From positions 10,793,367 to 10,857,366 of the forward strand of contig CAJINV010000003.1 in NCBI GenBank assembly GCA_905178155.1: 64,000 nt of DNA, given 5' to 3'. Source of the DNA: Amoebophrya sp. A120 (Eukaryota > Protista > Dinoflagellata). This document shows positions 1 to 12,626 of this stretch, in pieces. Every line of letters begins with the position of its first letter. Positions within the stretch are counted from its first letter, which is position 1. The notes under the pieces are model-generated. The model saw nothing but the letters and a program-made list of their open reading frames with translations. It had not been told where the DNA came from and did not search any database. The translations under genes were made by a program, and so were the position numbers.

Positions 1-700
1 GCTGAGGCCTTTCGGGACAAGGTACTTACAAAATCACCCGGGGCGCGCTAGGGTACAGAATTGGGCAACCGGGCTAGGGCATAAAACTCGAGCAGGGCGC
101 AGAATTCGCCAAATCGGGCTAGGGTACAAAATTAGGCAAATCGAGATAGGCTACACAGTTTGGAGAGGGTACAGAATTAGCCAAATCGGGCGAGGGTACA
201 AAATTAGGCGTGTCGGGTGAGGGTATAAAATTAGGCGAATCGGTGTAGGGCACAAAGTTGGCTACTCCGCGCCGCCCTTGAAAGAGGAGCTTTGGCCCCC
301 GTGGTGCTGCTCTTCGCTAGACAAATATAAGCCCTGTCCGAGGGCGCAAGGTGAGGCCTTTCGGGGCAGGGTACGTACCTACAAAACTGCCCGGGGTGCG
401 CTAGGGTACAGAATTGGGCAGCCGTGAGAGGATACAAAATTCGAGCAGGGTGCAGAATTTGCCAAATCGGGCTAGGGTACAAAATTAGGGAAATCGGGAC
501 AGGGTACAAAATTCGGGGATGGTACAAAATTGGCCAAATCGGGGTAGGGTACAAAAGGAGCCGATTCGGGTGAGGGTATGAAATTAGGCGAATCGGGGTA
601 GGGTACCAAAGTGGCCAAACCGCGCAGCCTCCGACGGGAGGGCTTTGGCTCCCGCGGTTCTGCTCTTCCGACGCTAGACAAAAATAACCCCTGCGACCCC
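1..700. repeat. Degenerate ~30-bp tandem repeat (AGGGTACAAAATTAGGCAAATCGGGCT) organised as a ~350-bp higher-order repeat; truncated at window start
   Basis: Recurring AGGGTACAAAATT units; TGAGGCCTTTCGGG at 3 and 352; GCTTTGGC..CTGCTCTT..GCTAGACAAA at ~289 and ~642. Confidence 0.85.
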
Positions 701-903
701 ACCAAACCCCTGCTTTATATATATTTTTGCCGCAGTCATGATAGATGTCCTCCGCTCAGCCCTGCGATCACAACGTCAGTGCTGTTTTGAATCAGACAAA
801 AAGTAAGAACAACCGTGTCAAGCATGCTTTTGATCTGTCATGGATGTTGTTGATCTTGCACATCTTCGACTACGTAAAGTTCGCACCGACATTGTTAATA
901 CAG

Positions 904-1216
904 GAAGCAGAACAGCATGCTGTGCGCCAAGATCGTGGAGGCCGAACAGAGGCGCCGAGTGAATTGTACCGAGGAGGAGTACATTCGCAGCGCCATGGCG
1001 AAGGAATTTTCTGGCTCAATCAAGCACGAGTTGGTGGAGGCTCATGAGTTGATGGAGCGAGGCGTGAACCAACGGGGGGCTAAACTGGCAATGGACCAAG
1101 AGAAGCGTGAGCGCTGTTTGGACTCTAACTTCGCGGCTCCTGAACTGCAAAAGCAGAAGGCTGCTGTGAATGCCGAAATCACCAGATCAGTACGCAAGAG
1201 CCAGAGCGTGAATTGA
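904..1216 (+). CDS. Terminal exon of a hypothetical (helical) protein
   Basis: CAG acceptor ending at 903, then an open GC3-rich frame KQNSMLCAKIVEAEQRRR...SQSVN*; upstream exons not resolved. Confidence 0.5.
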
Positions 1217-4200
1217 GGAAAAACATATTAAGCACCACCGTTTTATTCTATTGGAGTTGTCCAAAATATCAATATGCACTCCGGAACATTTTCAAGAAAT
1301 TGCATTCCTATTTCATTCGCATAGCAGAGCAGCGCGGGCGGGAGACCAACAAGACGAAATAGAACTAAACTACTGGACACTTCCGGCACCCTCAGCTTTG
1401 AGGTTTCTAGTTCTTCGGTAGTCACCGCATTTGCATTAATAATAATATTTTAACCTGACACATTATGTAGAAGTAATCGCGTTTACTTACGTTCATAACT
1501 TGTTTAACTTTATTGTTCATCCGCATCGCATAGTTCTAAACCTGGTGGGGCTACTGTCTACACTAAATTCTTTCCTTTGGTTTCGTCCTAATATTAATTT
1601 TCTTTCTCTGATCAGATCCATCAAAAACGCACTCATAGGGGTGAATCGTCTATCCTTGAAATTGAGAAGCTGCAGCATCCTCGTTCCGAGTGTTGTCCTA
1701 GCAGTATCAAATGTGTCACCCGAGTCGTCCTGAATTCTTCTCGACACTCAAAAGTTTTGTCAAACGTGCCGAACCCACGGTACCATAAGGAACTAAAGTA
1801 AAATATTCACTCGACAGATGATGAAATTTGTAGTGCAAGACCAAAATCTTGTGGTAGTTTCTTGGGAATTAAACGTTTGTAGACGTAGTGCAGCTTTACA
1901 TCAGAGAAATAAAAAGTGCTCTTGCAGTAGAGTATGATCCTCTTTGATTTTTGGCTGTTGGTGGATAAGAACGGGGCACACCACAAAAACTATACTGTTG
2001 CTTATGCTTGTGCACAAAGGGCAATGCCAAAATCAGGGCTGCGGGTCTCTGGTGTAGAGCTAGAGTTTAATCAGTGGCATCTTAGCGGCATTTCTGGTGC
2101 AAAGCCAAGCTGCCGAGGAGCGCTGATTTCTTACTTTTTTTCTCTTGTTAGCACCCACTGATTTTGATTTTCGCTACATTGATTTCTTATTCTTTCATTT
2201 TGCGCTTCGACGTAATCTTGTGTTTCATATTTGTAGCTTTATGTAAGATTTCCAATTCCGTTCTTCTTCTTTCTGGGAAGTTGAATAGACAATCAGCGCA
2301 CGCAGAGCCAGACCCTAGGTGGATGTTCCGTATCCCTTTACATTTCATTGCTACTGAGTTCGCTCCTCCTCGTCGTCGTTGTCGTAGTTCATTAGAGTGT
2401 CATAGTTTTCTTGAGGCGGGTGTGGACGGTGAGTGTGAGTAGTGCAACATACATCAGGTTTTGAGGGAGCGAGTGGAATCCTTGCCTTGTATGGTTTGTT
2501 CCCAAGAGAGGCATCGTCCTTGCCGTCGTGATTGAGTCAGAGAACAAAGCATACGTCGTTGTGGAGGCATCGTGGTGAAAAGCAGTCGCTGTATCTCTTT
2601 CGACTACGTTTGTTCTTCGTTTCTGTGTGAATGTGTTGAAAGCAGACCTGTCGCCAAATCCGCGTCGACTTCGCGAGTTCATCTCCCGCATCGCGAAAGG
2701 AAGTACAAAAAAACTTATCGCAATGAAAGGAAGTGCACCGATGCTAAAAGTTGTCAATTTGATATCGAAGTACGCTGCCAAACGACCCAATTTTCTATTT
2801 TTCTGTCACCTCATTCTCATACTCATTCGACTGGCATGCTTCTAGTCAAGTTGTTTTACGAGTACTACTTGTCAGATGCTTCGTGGTTTGGACCACATCT
2901 TCAAGTAGAAGAGACGACAACCTCCACGACGGCAAACTAGAACTCGGAACCCTAATGCGTTAAAAAAAGGGCGTAGTGTCGTGGCTCCTGCTTTTATTAA
3001 TGCGAGCATGACGCAACAGAAGCCTTGCAGTAGCGAGTTTTTCCATTGCACAAGGAAAAGTGAAAAATAGATACGTCGCGAGAGAAGTGGAGAGTAGTGT
3101 AGTACAGTGTGCACGCCCAACATCCGGACAGCACTAGTTCGGCCCTATTTCACGCCTGAGCACGAGCAGTAGCAGCGCAAGTAGAAGAGAAGGAGAACCA
3201 ACCACCTACGGATACGGTCGCTCCCGCTCGCGAAAGAACAACAAAATTGACATCGTCGAGGTTATTCTGGAACAATAATTGGAAGCAACAGTAGAAGTAG
3301 ACCCGGCTCCTGAATTATAATTCCTCCGCCACGCTGCAACACTGACACTGAGGGCTCCTCAGCACACACGACGAAACGGGCTCCAAAGCACATACACGTC
3401 TTCTTCTTCACCATCCCCATCCGACATCGAAACGACCCTCCAAGAAGTCTGTTTTCAACCCGGCATTGTCGCGCGCTCGTCATCGAGAACTACAGCGGGG
3501 CAGCAAGATAGTAGGAAGCGAAGGACCGTTGTTTTCATTTTCTCCGCGGCGCAGCTTTTGGATTCAACAGCTTGCGGCGGGAACGACCAACCAGATCCTG
3601 TGCTGTCGAAGAAACAAGAATGGGGCAAGTCTTCGGCAGCAAGAAAAAAGCAGCAAGAATCGCTGCACTCGATGGCGAAATTTGCGAAACGAAGAAGGGA
3701 CCCAAGAGCAGGAGCAAGATGGAGAGGGAAGGGAGCAGCGGTTCCCTCGGAGCAGATGCGGCAGGGAGCACCGGAAAGGGAATCTCATATCACACAGAAA
3801 AAAGCCGGCAGGCCATGTTCGTAAGTATCAGGATGCACAGAAAAGAATAAAACCGCACAGGATCAGGAACATCTGTCATGATGGGCAAGCTCATGGCATG
3901 CTGAGTCTTGTATGCAAGAAGAGGTGGAAGAGACACATTTTTCTGTGACTGGTGACTTTCTTGCAGTTGTATGCGAACAATCACTGCCGGCTTTATTTTG
4001 TGGGATATCTCATCCGCAAAAATCAGTACGTCAAGTTCGTCTTCGACAGCCAACGTGACAACCGCACTTTGCTAAAAAATACAAACGTGTCTGGGTCTGG
4101 TGGGTTGCTGCGCGCATTTTTCAAGCATCTTTTGGATCACACCGATGGTGATGGTCTGAAATGCGCGGAGAAATGTTACACTTTTTGAGCATCGTCTTGA

Positions 4201-6889
4201 AGTCCGTCCAGAGACAGAGATTCGCTCGTCGCGTAGTGACCACAAATGCGCAAGTTTATGCAACTAAAGTTTCATTTTTATTTCGCTTTTGCGTGATATA
4301 ATATCGAGAGTCTAGCTAGCTGTTCGCGCCTGCTTGTTTCCAGACCCCGACATATTTTCACTGCATATCTGCGAATCATCAGCCACTAGCTTGACCTCGC
4401 ATATCACGGGAAAAGCATGTTTCAGTTACTTACAAATGAGTTGCCAATGAATTCAGAAAGAGCAAGACAAAACAATTTTCTCTGCATGAAAGAGAAAGCT
4501 TGCAGTGCAGGGATCATCCGGGAAAACACGTATGAAACGAGGCTCGAAAGCGTTTCGCGCATGACCAAGATTGTCTGTCGTGCCGGTTCTGCAGCACACA
4601 CTTTTTCCATTGCATATTGCTGCGCGGAGAGATAGTAGATACGTTCGGCGAATCCATCGCGAATCAAATGCTCTCGCCGAAGTGGGATAACAGAGAAGTA
4701 TAGAAAGCAGATTTTCTCCTTTCCCACTTGGTTTATTGATGAAGAACATATTTCTATTTTATTTATACAGAAATCATTCTGGACGTCAGTGGAAACACAA
4801 ACACGAACATCTGGTCCTAGTACCCCTAAGTTTTTTCAAGCATGTTGTACGTCAAAGTCTTACCACGTGCGCTGATTGCATGCCTTCCAGTTCTTTCTTC
4901 GTTCTGACGATTTGTTTTCCTGCTGTTGTCGGAGCACGAATCGAGCAGCTCTAACGCGTTGAAGAGCTGCATCATGTTGCTATCCATAATCCTGCTTCAT
5001 GATCCTTCCTCTGCAAGAGCATCACGCTCGGCCTCGGACGTATAGACTCGCACGACATACTCGTAATGACCCGGATTTCCTTTTTTGCACCCCGCATCTA
5101 CATGCTGCCTTTGCAACGCAACTAATTCTCCATGTGGTAAAATTTTGCACGCAAAAACTTTTTCTACTTCTACAAGCATTAGTATGTATACTTCTTTTGC
5201 ATTAAAAATTCATACTCCCTTGACAGACGGCCTTGCGACGAATTGCAAGTGCTGTCTCGGCGACCAACGCGCTTCTGACGTGCGGAATTCTGGAAAACAT
5301 ATCATTTGCAAATATGTTATCTGGGACTGGGTTCTGACGAAGAAATGACTTCACGTTTGATATTATCCCGGCATGCGAGATAAGCGGTTGTATGCCGATG
5401 CGGCACTTTGCCGTCCACATGCATCTCAGATCCGAGGAAACCCCGGGGCATGAAAGTGTAGTTATGTTGTGACAAGCTTCTTCAGTATTCCAGACACTCT
5501 AGAGAAGATATTTGCAGTGGATAGAACAGTATCCTGTGCAAAAGTATCGCGCTCGTGCTAATTGCAGTTGCAATCACACCCACGCATCATGACAAATCTC
5601 TTAGTAAGGTAGGTCAGCACTTCAAATCTCGCTTTTCAGCTATTAAAAATGATTTTGATGAAATTTGCACTAGAAGTGCGACACTTTTGCTAAGCATAAA
5701 CAGCTGTAACGACAAGGTTTTCAGTGTTATCCTCGCCAGTCACGAGTGCTTCCTGCGAGTCTTGCAGTTGCAAGTGGTACATCATGCTTACAATTACTGT
5801 CTGTTGCAGTTGGGTACGTCATCATCATCATACTGTCTGTGTTGTGTTGATGTTCCTTCCCGGGGAGAGTTTCTTGATCTTGTGCACTGCCTCAGCTAAT
5901 AGCAGTTTTCTTCATTTTATTGCTATAGCGGAGAAATGAAGTCATTCTTTTTGTTTTTTGTATATCAAATGAAGGTAGTGTTGACCACTTTATTTTTATA
6001 TACTTCAGGAGCGAGCGCGCTGCTTGGATTTGGTCATAAGTTCGATCTTGCCGAAAAGTTGGGTCCAAGCGCCCAAGGTAGCGAAGTCAGCGAAGCTTGT
6101 GGCTATGGGAGTGTCAGGCTCGTAGAAATCGACCGGTAGTTTGGCGCGAAATTTGAATTTGGAAGTGGCGCATGAAAATGCTTGGAAGGACGAGGGCCTG
6201 AATCCGATGAATGCGTCACCCTGTTTTGGAGAAAGCAGACTGCTTTATTTGTCACGCTCCGTCACGGGTCTATCACTTCACCATCTCTGACCCTAGAGGA
6301 GGAAATGCATACAATCGGCCTCACTTGTCTGCTCCTCAATACAGGCAACCTTCTATTGTGCCATGTACTTTAAACTCAAGAATTGTGCGAATGCATATTT
6401 CAACTTTGTCGATTTCAAGCCTGACGCTTCGACAGTGGTCCGGTATTTCGTAGAGAATTTTCCGGATGCGACCTCGGACCTCATATCCACAAAAAGGAAC
6501 CATCCCCATTCACTTTGTCTTCACGCAAAGCATCTATTGAAGCCTGTGTTTGTGATGCAAAACTTGGATGGGGGTGAGGTGTTTTTGTTCTGGATATCTC
6601 ATCAAAGAGCTCTACAACCAAGCCGAAGACGTGTCAAGGCGCGCTATATGCGTTGCAAATTTGTCCGGGTCTCGAAACATGTGACTTTGAATTACGCATA
6701 TAAAAAAAGCACCTTTACTTGCTGCGGCCGAGCATGGAAAGTTTTTACAGCACTCTGCTCTGCACGCAGTACTGTCCCTAGAACTCCTTCGATCGAAGCT
6801 GCTTGCGACGATGGCGCAATACTTTTGCTGTGAGTGGCAGTGGTGCAGTCGGGTGTGCATGACAAATTGTATTTCATTTGCATGATGTT

Positions 6890-8478
6890 GAAGATGAGCA
6901 GCGAGGCATCGCCTTTACTGGTCACGCAACACAGAAGATGCCGCAGGCGTGTAAGACACACGCGAGAGGCTGCAAACTTCCAGACCTAGACATTTTTGCA
7001 GTGTATACGCCACCGTGTACTACAAGTGAAGCTCGTCTTACTTTCATATACCTATATGATACGTTTTATTTCTACAGAAGCAAGTGCAGCTCCTACGCTT
7101 TTACTTTCATTTCCCCTACTTCGTATTATTTTCTCACGCCACAGCATACGGACATGCGTTTTTTCCCAGTGATGTTGTACATGGGTCGTCTCGCTGCTGA
7201 TTGATGAAAGACTTGTTAAGAGTGTGGCGTATTATGATTTTGTTTATTGCGTCGGTCTACAGGTGCCTGGGTGCGTTGGAAGTTTTGGACTTGGTTCTGC
7301 AAGGAGACAAGGTCGCAAAGAAGTTTGAGGACGCAAAAGAGGCCTGTATCGACTTGCTCCGACTAGGGTTTCAGGACGGTCTCGGGCCAAAGATCCGGTT
7401 TCGTGCCACGACAGTGGTCAACAGGATACGAGACGTCGTGCATGAAGATGTACTACAAGTGGTGTTTTTTCATTTTACTTATTTCGTGTCATACTCATAC
7501 GTCGTGAAACTCATCATTCTTGAATGATCTCGGCACTACGATCATGAACGAAGTCCAAGCTACTTATATTTCTAAAACTTCCTCTCTGCTTTAAAGTTTA
7601 TGCATTGTGCTGACCTGCTCCTGCATATTTTTCGCATTCATTTACATGATCCTCATTCGATCTTTCCATCACAGGAGTTGGAGCCATTGTTTCGGGACCT
7701 GCGGCCGGCAGTCGTGAGTCAAATAAATCGCGCCCGAAGCTCCCAGGCAGAGCCGGAGAGTCAGCAGCAGGCTCATCTCTCCGTAACCAATGCGCACCAT
7801 GTGGTGGTCGGCGTAAAACAGGCCATGAATGGAAAAAACAAGAACAACATCAAGTACCTGGCTGACATAGACGGAGACGAACTTCTGATGGTACTAGTTT
7901 AAACTTTGTTTCTTTCTGTTTTGCGTTCCTATTTTCCGCGGAACACAAAAAAGGGCCGAAGTAGAAGGTGTGAGCATATTAGTAACTCTAACTTCGTCAA
8001 CAACCTCCTGGTCCCTCGCTGGAGGAATGAATCCTCGTTATCGCAGGAGAAAAAGATGATGAGAAAGAGATTTATACGCCAGAACATCACAAGCAAGTAA
8101 TGACTCTGACACACTCACCCAAAATCATGACTCGTAGGACGCGATTCTGGACGAGGCCGGCATTGTGTTTCAAAAGAGCCTATCCCTTGCAAGAGCATAG
8201 CACGATGAGTAATTCATGAAGATTTTTGAATTACACGAGTGTTGTTGCTCAGCATGCAAACCTGACTCTGCAGCCTAAAGACAAGAAAATATCATATCAT
8301 GTTGAGTCTTGTCATGCAGTACAACTACAACGAACTACAACTACACTAAGAATCACTACACGTACGGTACTTTTGCGGAGGATAGAGCGATCGCGTCTCT
8401 GGGGATGATTCGTCGACCTCCGTTGGTGGAAGCACGCGTGACTCCTTTGGCCTGCGCTCGGCGGACCTGCTTACGTAA
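6890..8478 (+). CDS. HEAT/TOG-repeat-like protein, 3' exons (5' end unresolved, may extend to ~6200)
   Basis: In-frame GT-AG introns 7003-7262, 7459-7674 and 7891-8385; FAVCLGALEVLD and IRFRATTVV..LEPLFRDLRPAVVSQI resemble TOG/HEAT helices. Confidence 0.45.
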
Positions 8479-11400
8479 ATTTCTCCAACAGCATGGAGAC
8501 GGCAGGGAGTGATAATTCAAATTTGCACACCACTCTTCCTAACTACGTACTACAAGGGAAAGGGTCGATTTTTATGTCAGTGTTGCTCCGGGCCCGGTCG
8601 CTCCCATATGCGACTGTGAGTCTGCAGTGGGACAAACCTCCACGCCATGCCGCCTGCCAGCGACTTAAAGAAAACTGGGGCAAATACAAAAAGAAACTGT
8701 AGCTATTATGTATTACTATCTTATTCGGCTGCTGAAACCACTCTACTACGATATACAATTAAGCAAGTTCATCAAATTCAAATTAATTTAGCAACGGGAT
8801 GATTCCGTTAAGTATAACATGTAACAAAATTTCAAAAAATAAAAAATATCTACGCTTCGCCGCGCTACTACCCACCCCGCGCGCCCTCGCTGTTGAATAG
8901 TTTTTCACACGATGTCCGTAATTTGTATCAACTCCCTCATTAAAAGAAGACCAAGAGCACACCGAAGACCATTCGACCATTCCTCCCCTTGACACGCTTC
9001 TCCTCGACCTAGAGTGAGAGCTTTACCCGACGGGCCCAAGAATTTGAATCGTGCCAGTGTAAGGAAATCAACGTCCGCCCAACTACAGGGAGTATACGCA
9101 GTATACATATGTAGGAAATCAAACCTATGTAGTGAATAAATTTTTACGCGCACAATCAGGCCCAGGCGTCAACGTAGACTGTCGTGCCCATACTTACTTA
9201 GTGCCCCAACCCCAGGGCCATCTGAGCTCCGCATCAAAACGATTTTCTAGACCAGCCAATTATAAAAGTCGCGCTGGCAATAGCAAAGTGCACATCGGGA
9301 ATACAGTCGCAATTACAATTGATGAGTTTTTCGCTTCGTAACGTAACCACAAAAATATAGATATCTATGAAACCAGCAAACGAATCTTCAAACTAGCAGT
9401 ACAGAGCTGTAGTTTCGTCATCCTCATCGTCCAGTTGTTTACTATGTGTATGTTTCCTCTATTATGATGTATCGTCTACGTTTTAGCAATGAATGATTGA
9501 AGTTGTCACCAGAATGTCGCCCCTCCGGGAATTCCCTTTGTACTTGATAAGTTACTGGAAGAGGCGTACTGGGTGGAGAACTACGTTTCGAGAGCTATGT
9601 AACCGCCCCACGATGGCTACAGAAGTGCTGCTTATTGCCCTTTTGCAGGTGATGCCTCTAAGTTCAGTCTTCGCACTTCTTCATCCGGTCATAGACACGA
9701 CCAACATCGATCGACAAACACTAGCTACGCCGCCACGTTCTGAGGATTGATGAGAGATTCGGTATTGAAAACTCGCTATTGCTTGGGTGAAAGACGTGCT
9801 TTTCAATTGTGTCAGTCGTCGAAGTCCATATTGGAGTCCGCACGATCGGCGTCGTTTGGGAAAGGATCTTTGTCGTGATTTTGACACCTAAAGTTTTGTC
9901 TCTACGCATATCCCGAAATGTTAGTGTCCTCGAGTACTAGTGTGGTCGAGCTTAGGGCTATAATTGTTTTCCCGTCGGTGTTGCATCTGTCAGTATTAGC
10001 GATTATGTATCGTCGAGGTGGAGAGATCGACAAGAATAGACAGAGTATGATCATTTTTTACGATTCCCATTTCGACTCGCCAATAATCTTATTCCCGATA
10101 GTACAGCAGCTTTTTTTTGGGGCTATACCAACCAAGGGAGGAGAAAATGTATAAATTATGCAGGTGCCGTTTGTAAATGAAATAGCAATTACGTACGCAC
10201 CACAACAACGCCTGAGTTTCACCTTCATCACAGACTCACCAAGAGGGGCTGAGTGTTATTCCTCTACGTGAGCCCAGCAAGACCAAGAAATAGAAGACGA
10301 AGACGAACTACGGGCGAGTTGCCCTATTTGTTAACTTTTATCCAATCATGACGGCCAGCTCGCCGAGCACGGCTTCCGGTGGGCAATGCCGTGTATACAA
10401 CCGCGCAATCGTCTATGGGAGTGTCGGGCGTGATGAAATCGACAAAGTTGCAACGAGACGAAATGCATAAAATTGTAATTGATCCCAGGAATCAGGTCCC
10501 CACTCATTCTTGGGCGGCGCATGGCATTTCTTTTTTTCGGGCATCTAAATCCAGTCCGCGATCCTGCTCTTCGGTCCAAATGACTGTTGAGCGGCTACTC
10601 ATGACATGCTCTTTGGAAACACCATTCTTGCTGCCAAAACAAAATATTAGGTTTGCACTTGGCATGATTTATCTGCCCTCCAATACAGGCATAGTTTCCA
10701 TTTTGTGTGTTCTTGCAATTTGCAACTTCCCCGGTGGGTATTTCTATTTTGAGTGGTCTTCAAGTTCTTTCGCCAGCAGTCGGTTTGGCATCACAAACGA
10801 GTTTAACTCTGTCGATTTCGACTTGGAGCCTGACACTCCCATAGTGATGCGGACATGGTGGCAGACGGACAGATGGACGATATTGTGAGGAAAAGTCCCC
10901 CCTACCCGTACTGAAGAGATATGCTTCCGAAAATTTGCGATGCTGAATTGTGGCTACAGATCGTCTCTGTCTTGCAACAAGAAGATGAAGGCAATTCGAC
11001 AGAGGTCGCCGCATTATTCCGGCGGTTCGATGTAATGCAAATGCTAATAGAGCCCACACCGCAGGCGTCTCTCGTACTGACTGCTTACGTGAAAACATCC
11101 CGAGCCTTGTTGCAGATCTGGTCGTGCCTGCAGTCCCCTTCTGCAAGACTACAAGGCTGACTCGTGTACACGAATCCCGCGTCACAGGTTTCCGCTATAT
11201 TGATATGGGAAGGGGGGACTTTTTATCTTGATAGACGAGCTGCCACCCCCACCACCGCGAACTGCTCCCCAAAAAAAGCAGGACTCAACGCGGTCTTCCA
11301 AGCACAAGGAGCTGCTGAACCGAGTGCACGAGCAGAGAAAAAAAGACCAGACGCAAATAAAGAAAAATGTACAGGAGTCCCCTCATTTTTTTCAAACGAG

Positions 11401-12626
11401 TTTGTAGCAGCTGTGTAAAGATGATGAATGCGTGACTTTTTTTTGTTTCCACTTACTAGGAAAGCAGATGCTACTTGTTTCACGCATGAAATAATCATCA
11501 ACATGATCTTCAACATGGTGCACTTGCTATAGGAGCAATACCCGGTCTTCGTGATAGAAGAGTATAATTTCACCTGCCCTACTAGCTCTTGTTATCAGCG
11601 TCCGTCTCGTCGTTGTCTCTCAGCGCATTGTTTGATACCTCCCACGTGCTTGCAATATCTCCAGGTTGAGCGCAACAAGGAGGTGCGAGAGCGTCGGTTT
11701 GAGCGCTTGTTAAATTCCTGTGTGTATGCATTGCGAATATGATGTCTGGGTCTCCTGGTGGAAAGATGCAAACTTGTACTTGTGATGCCGATGCGGATTC
11801 TAGAACAGGCAAAAATCTGCGTTGCCGACTCACCAAAAGATCATACGTGCTTTTGTCTCGAATCCGAAAAGAGCGTTTCTCATGCAGACTAGGCATGGAG
11901 TAGGAGTTGGAAAACGACAACGAACACGAAAGAAGCCTTGTTCGCAAAATTTGCAATACCGTGTCGGCACTTATGACCTTCTCTCAGATGCGAAAACTGC
12001 AGGACAAGTGACTGCTCTCTGCCGGACCCAGATGACACATTTGCATTTGATAGTGTGGGCAGTGACGAGGTGATCCTCCGCGGACAGGTGACCGAGATGC
12101 TGCGGCAGCATATCATGTGTAAAAACGTGCCCACCCCAGGTTTGGCTGTCGGGCCTGTGAAGTTTCGCTCTCTAGTGTAGTTGTGGCTGGGAGCGGGTGA
12201 AAGAAGTTGCATCACGTCCAATGTCTCTCCTTTTCCTGGTTACTTAGGGCATGGCGAAGCTCAGGATACTGTGACTGAGAAAATGCTACCCAAAAACATG
12301 GGGCTCCTGCACATGAGATACGATCTGGGCAGTTGCGTCGTACGCATGACAAGTTTCAAAGTGTGTCGCATTTTGTTTAGCGTGACAAGTCCGGGGTGGG
12401 CGTGCGGCTTTTACTCAGGATACAGCAGCACAACATGGTAGCGCGCAAAGTGGGTACGCAGTTCCAGGAGTGGAACGAGAAGGTTTTCGAGAATATTCAT
12501 TGCAAAAGTATCGTACTTAAATCTACCATGAATCGCATTACATTTTTTTCTTGTTTTCAGAAACAAAAATGCTAAATTTCAAATGCTATTTGTTCAGGTG
12601 GAAAATTTGATTTGTGAGCGTGACGC

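Noticed and set aside
6103-10425. 13-bp match CTATGGGAGTGTC at ~6103 and ~10413
   Set aside because: Within chance expectation for a 64-kb window.
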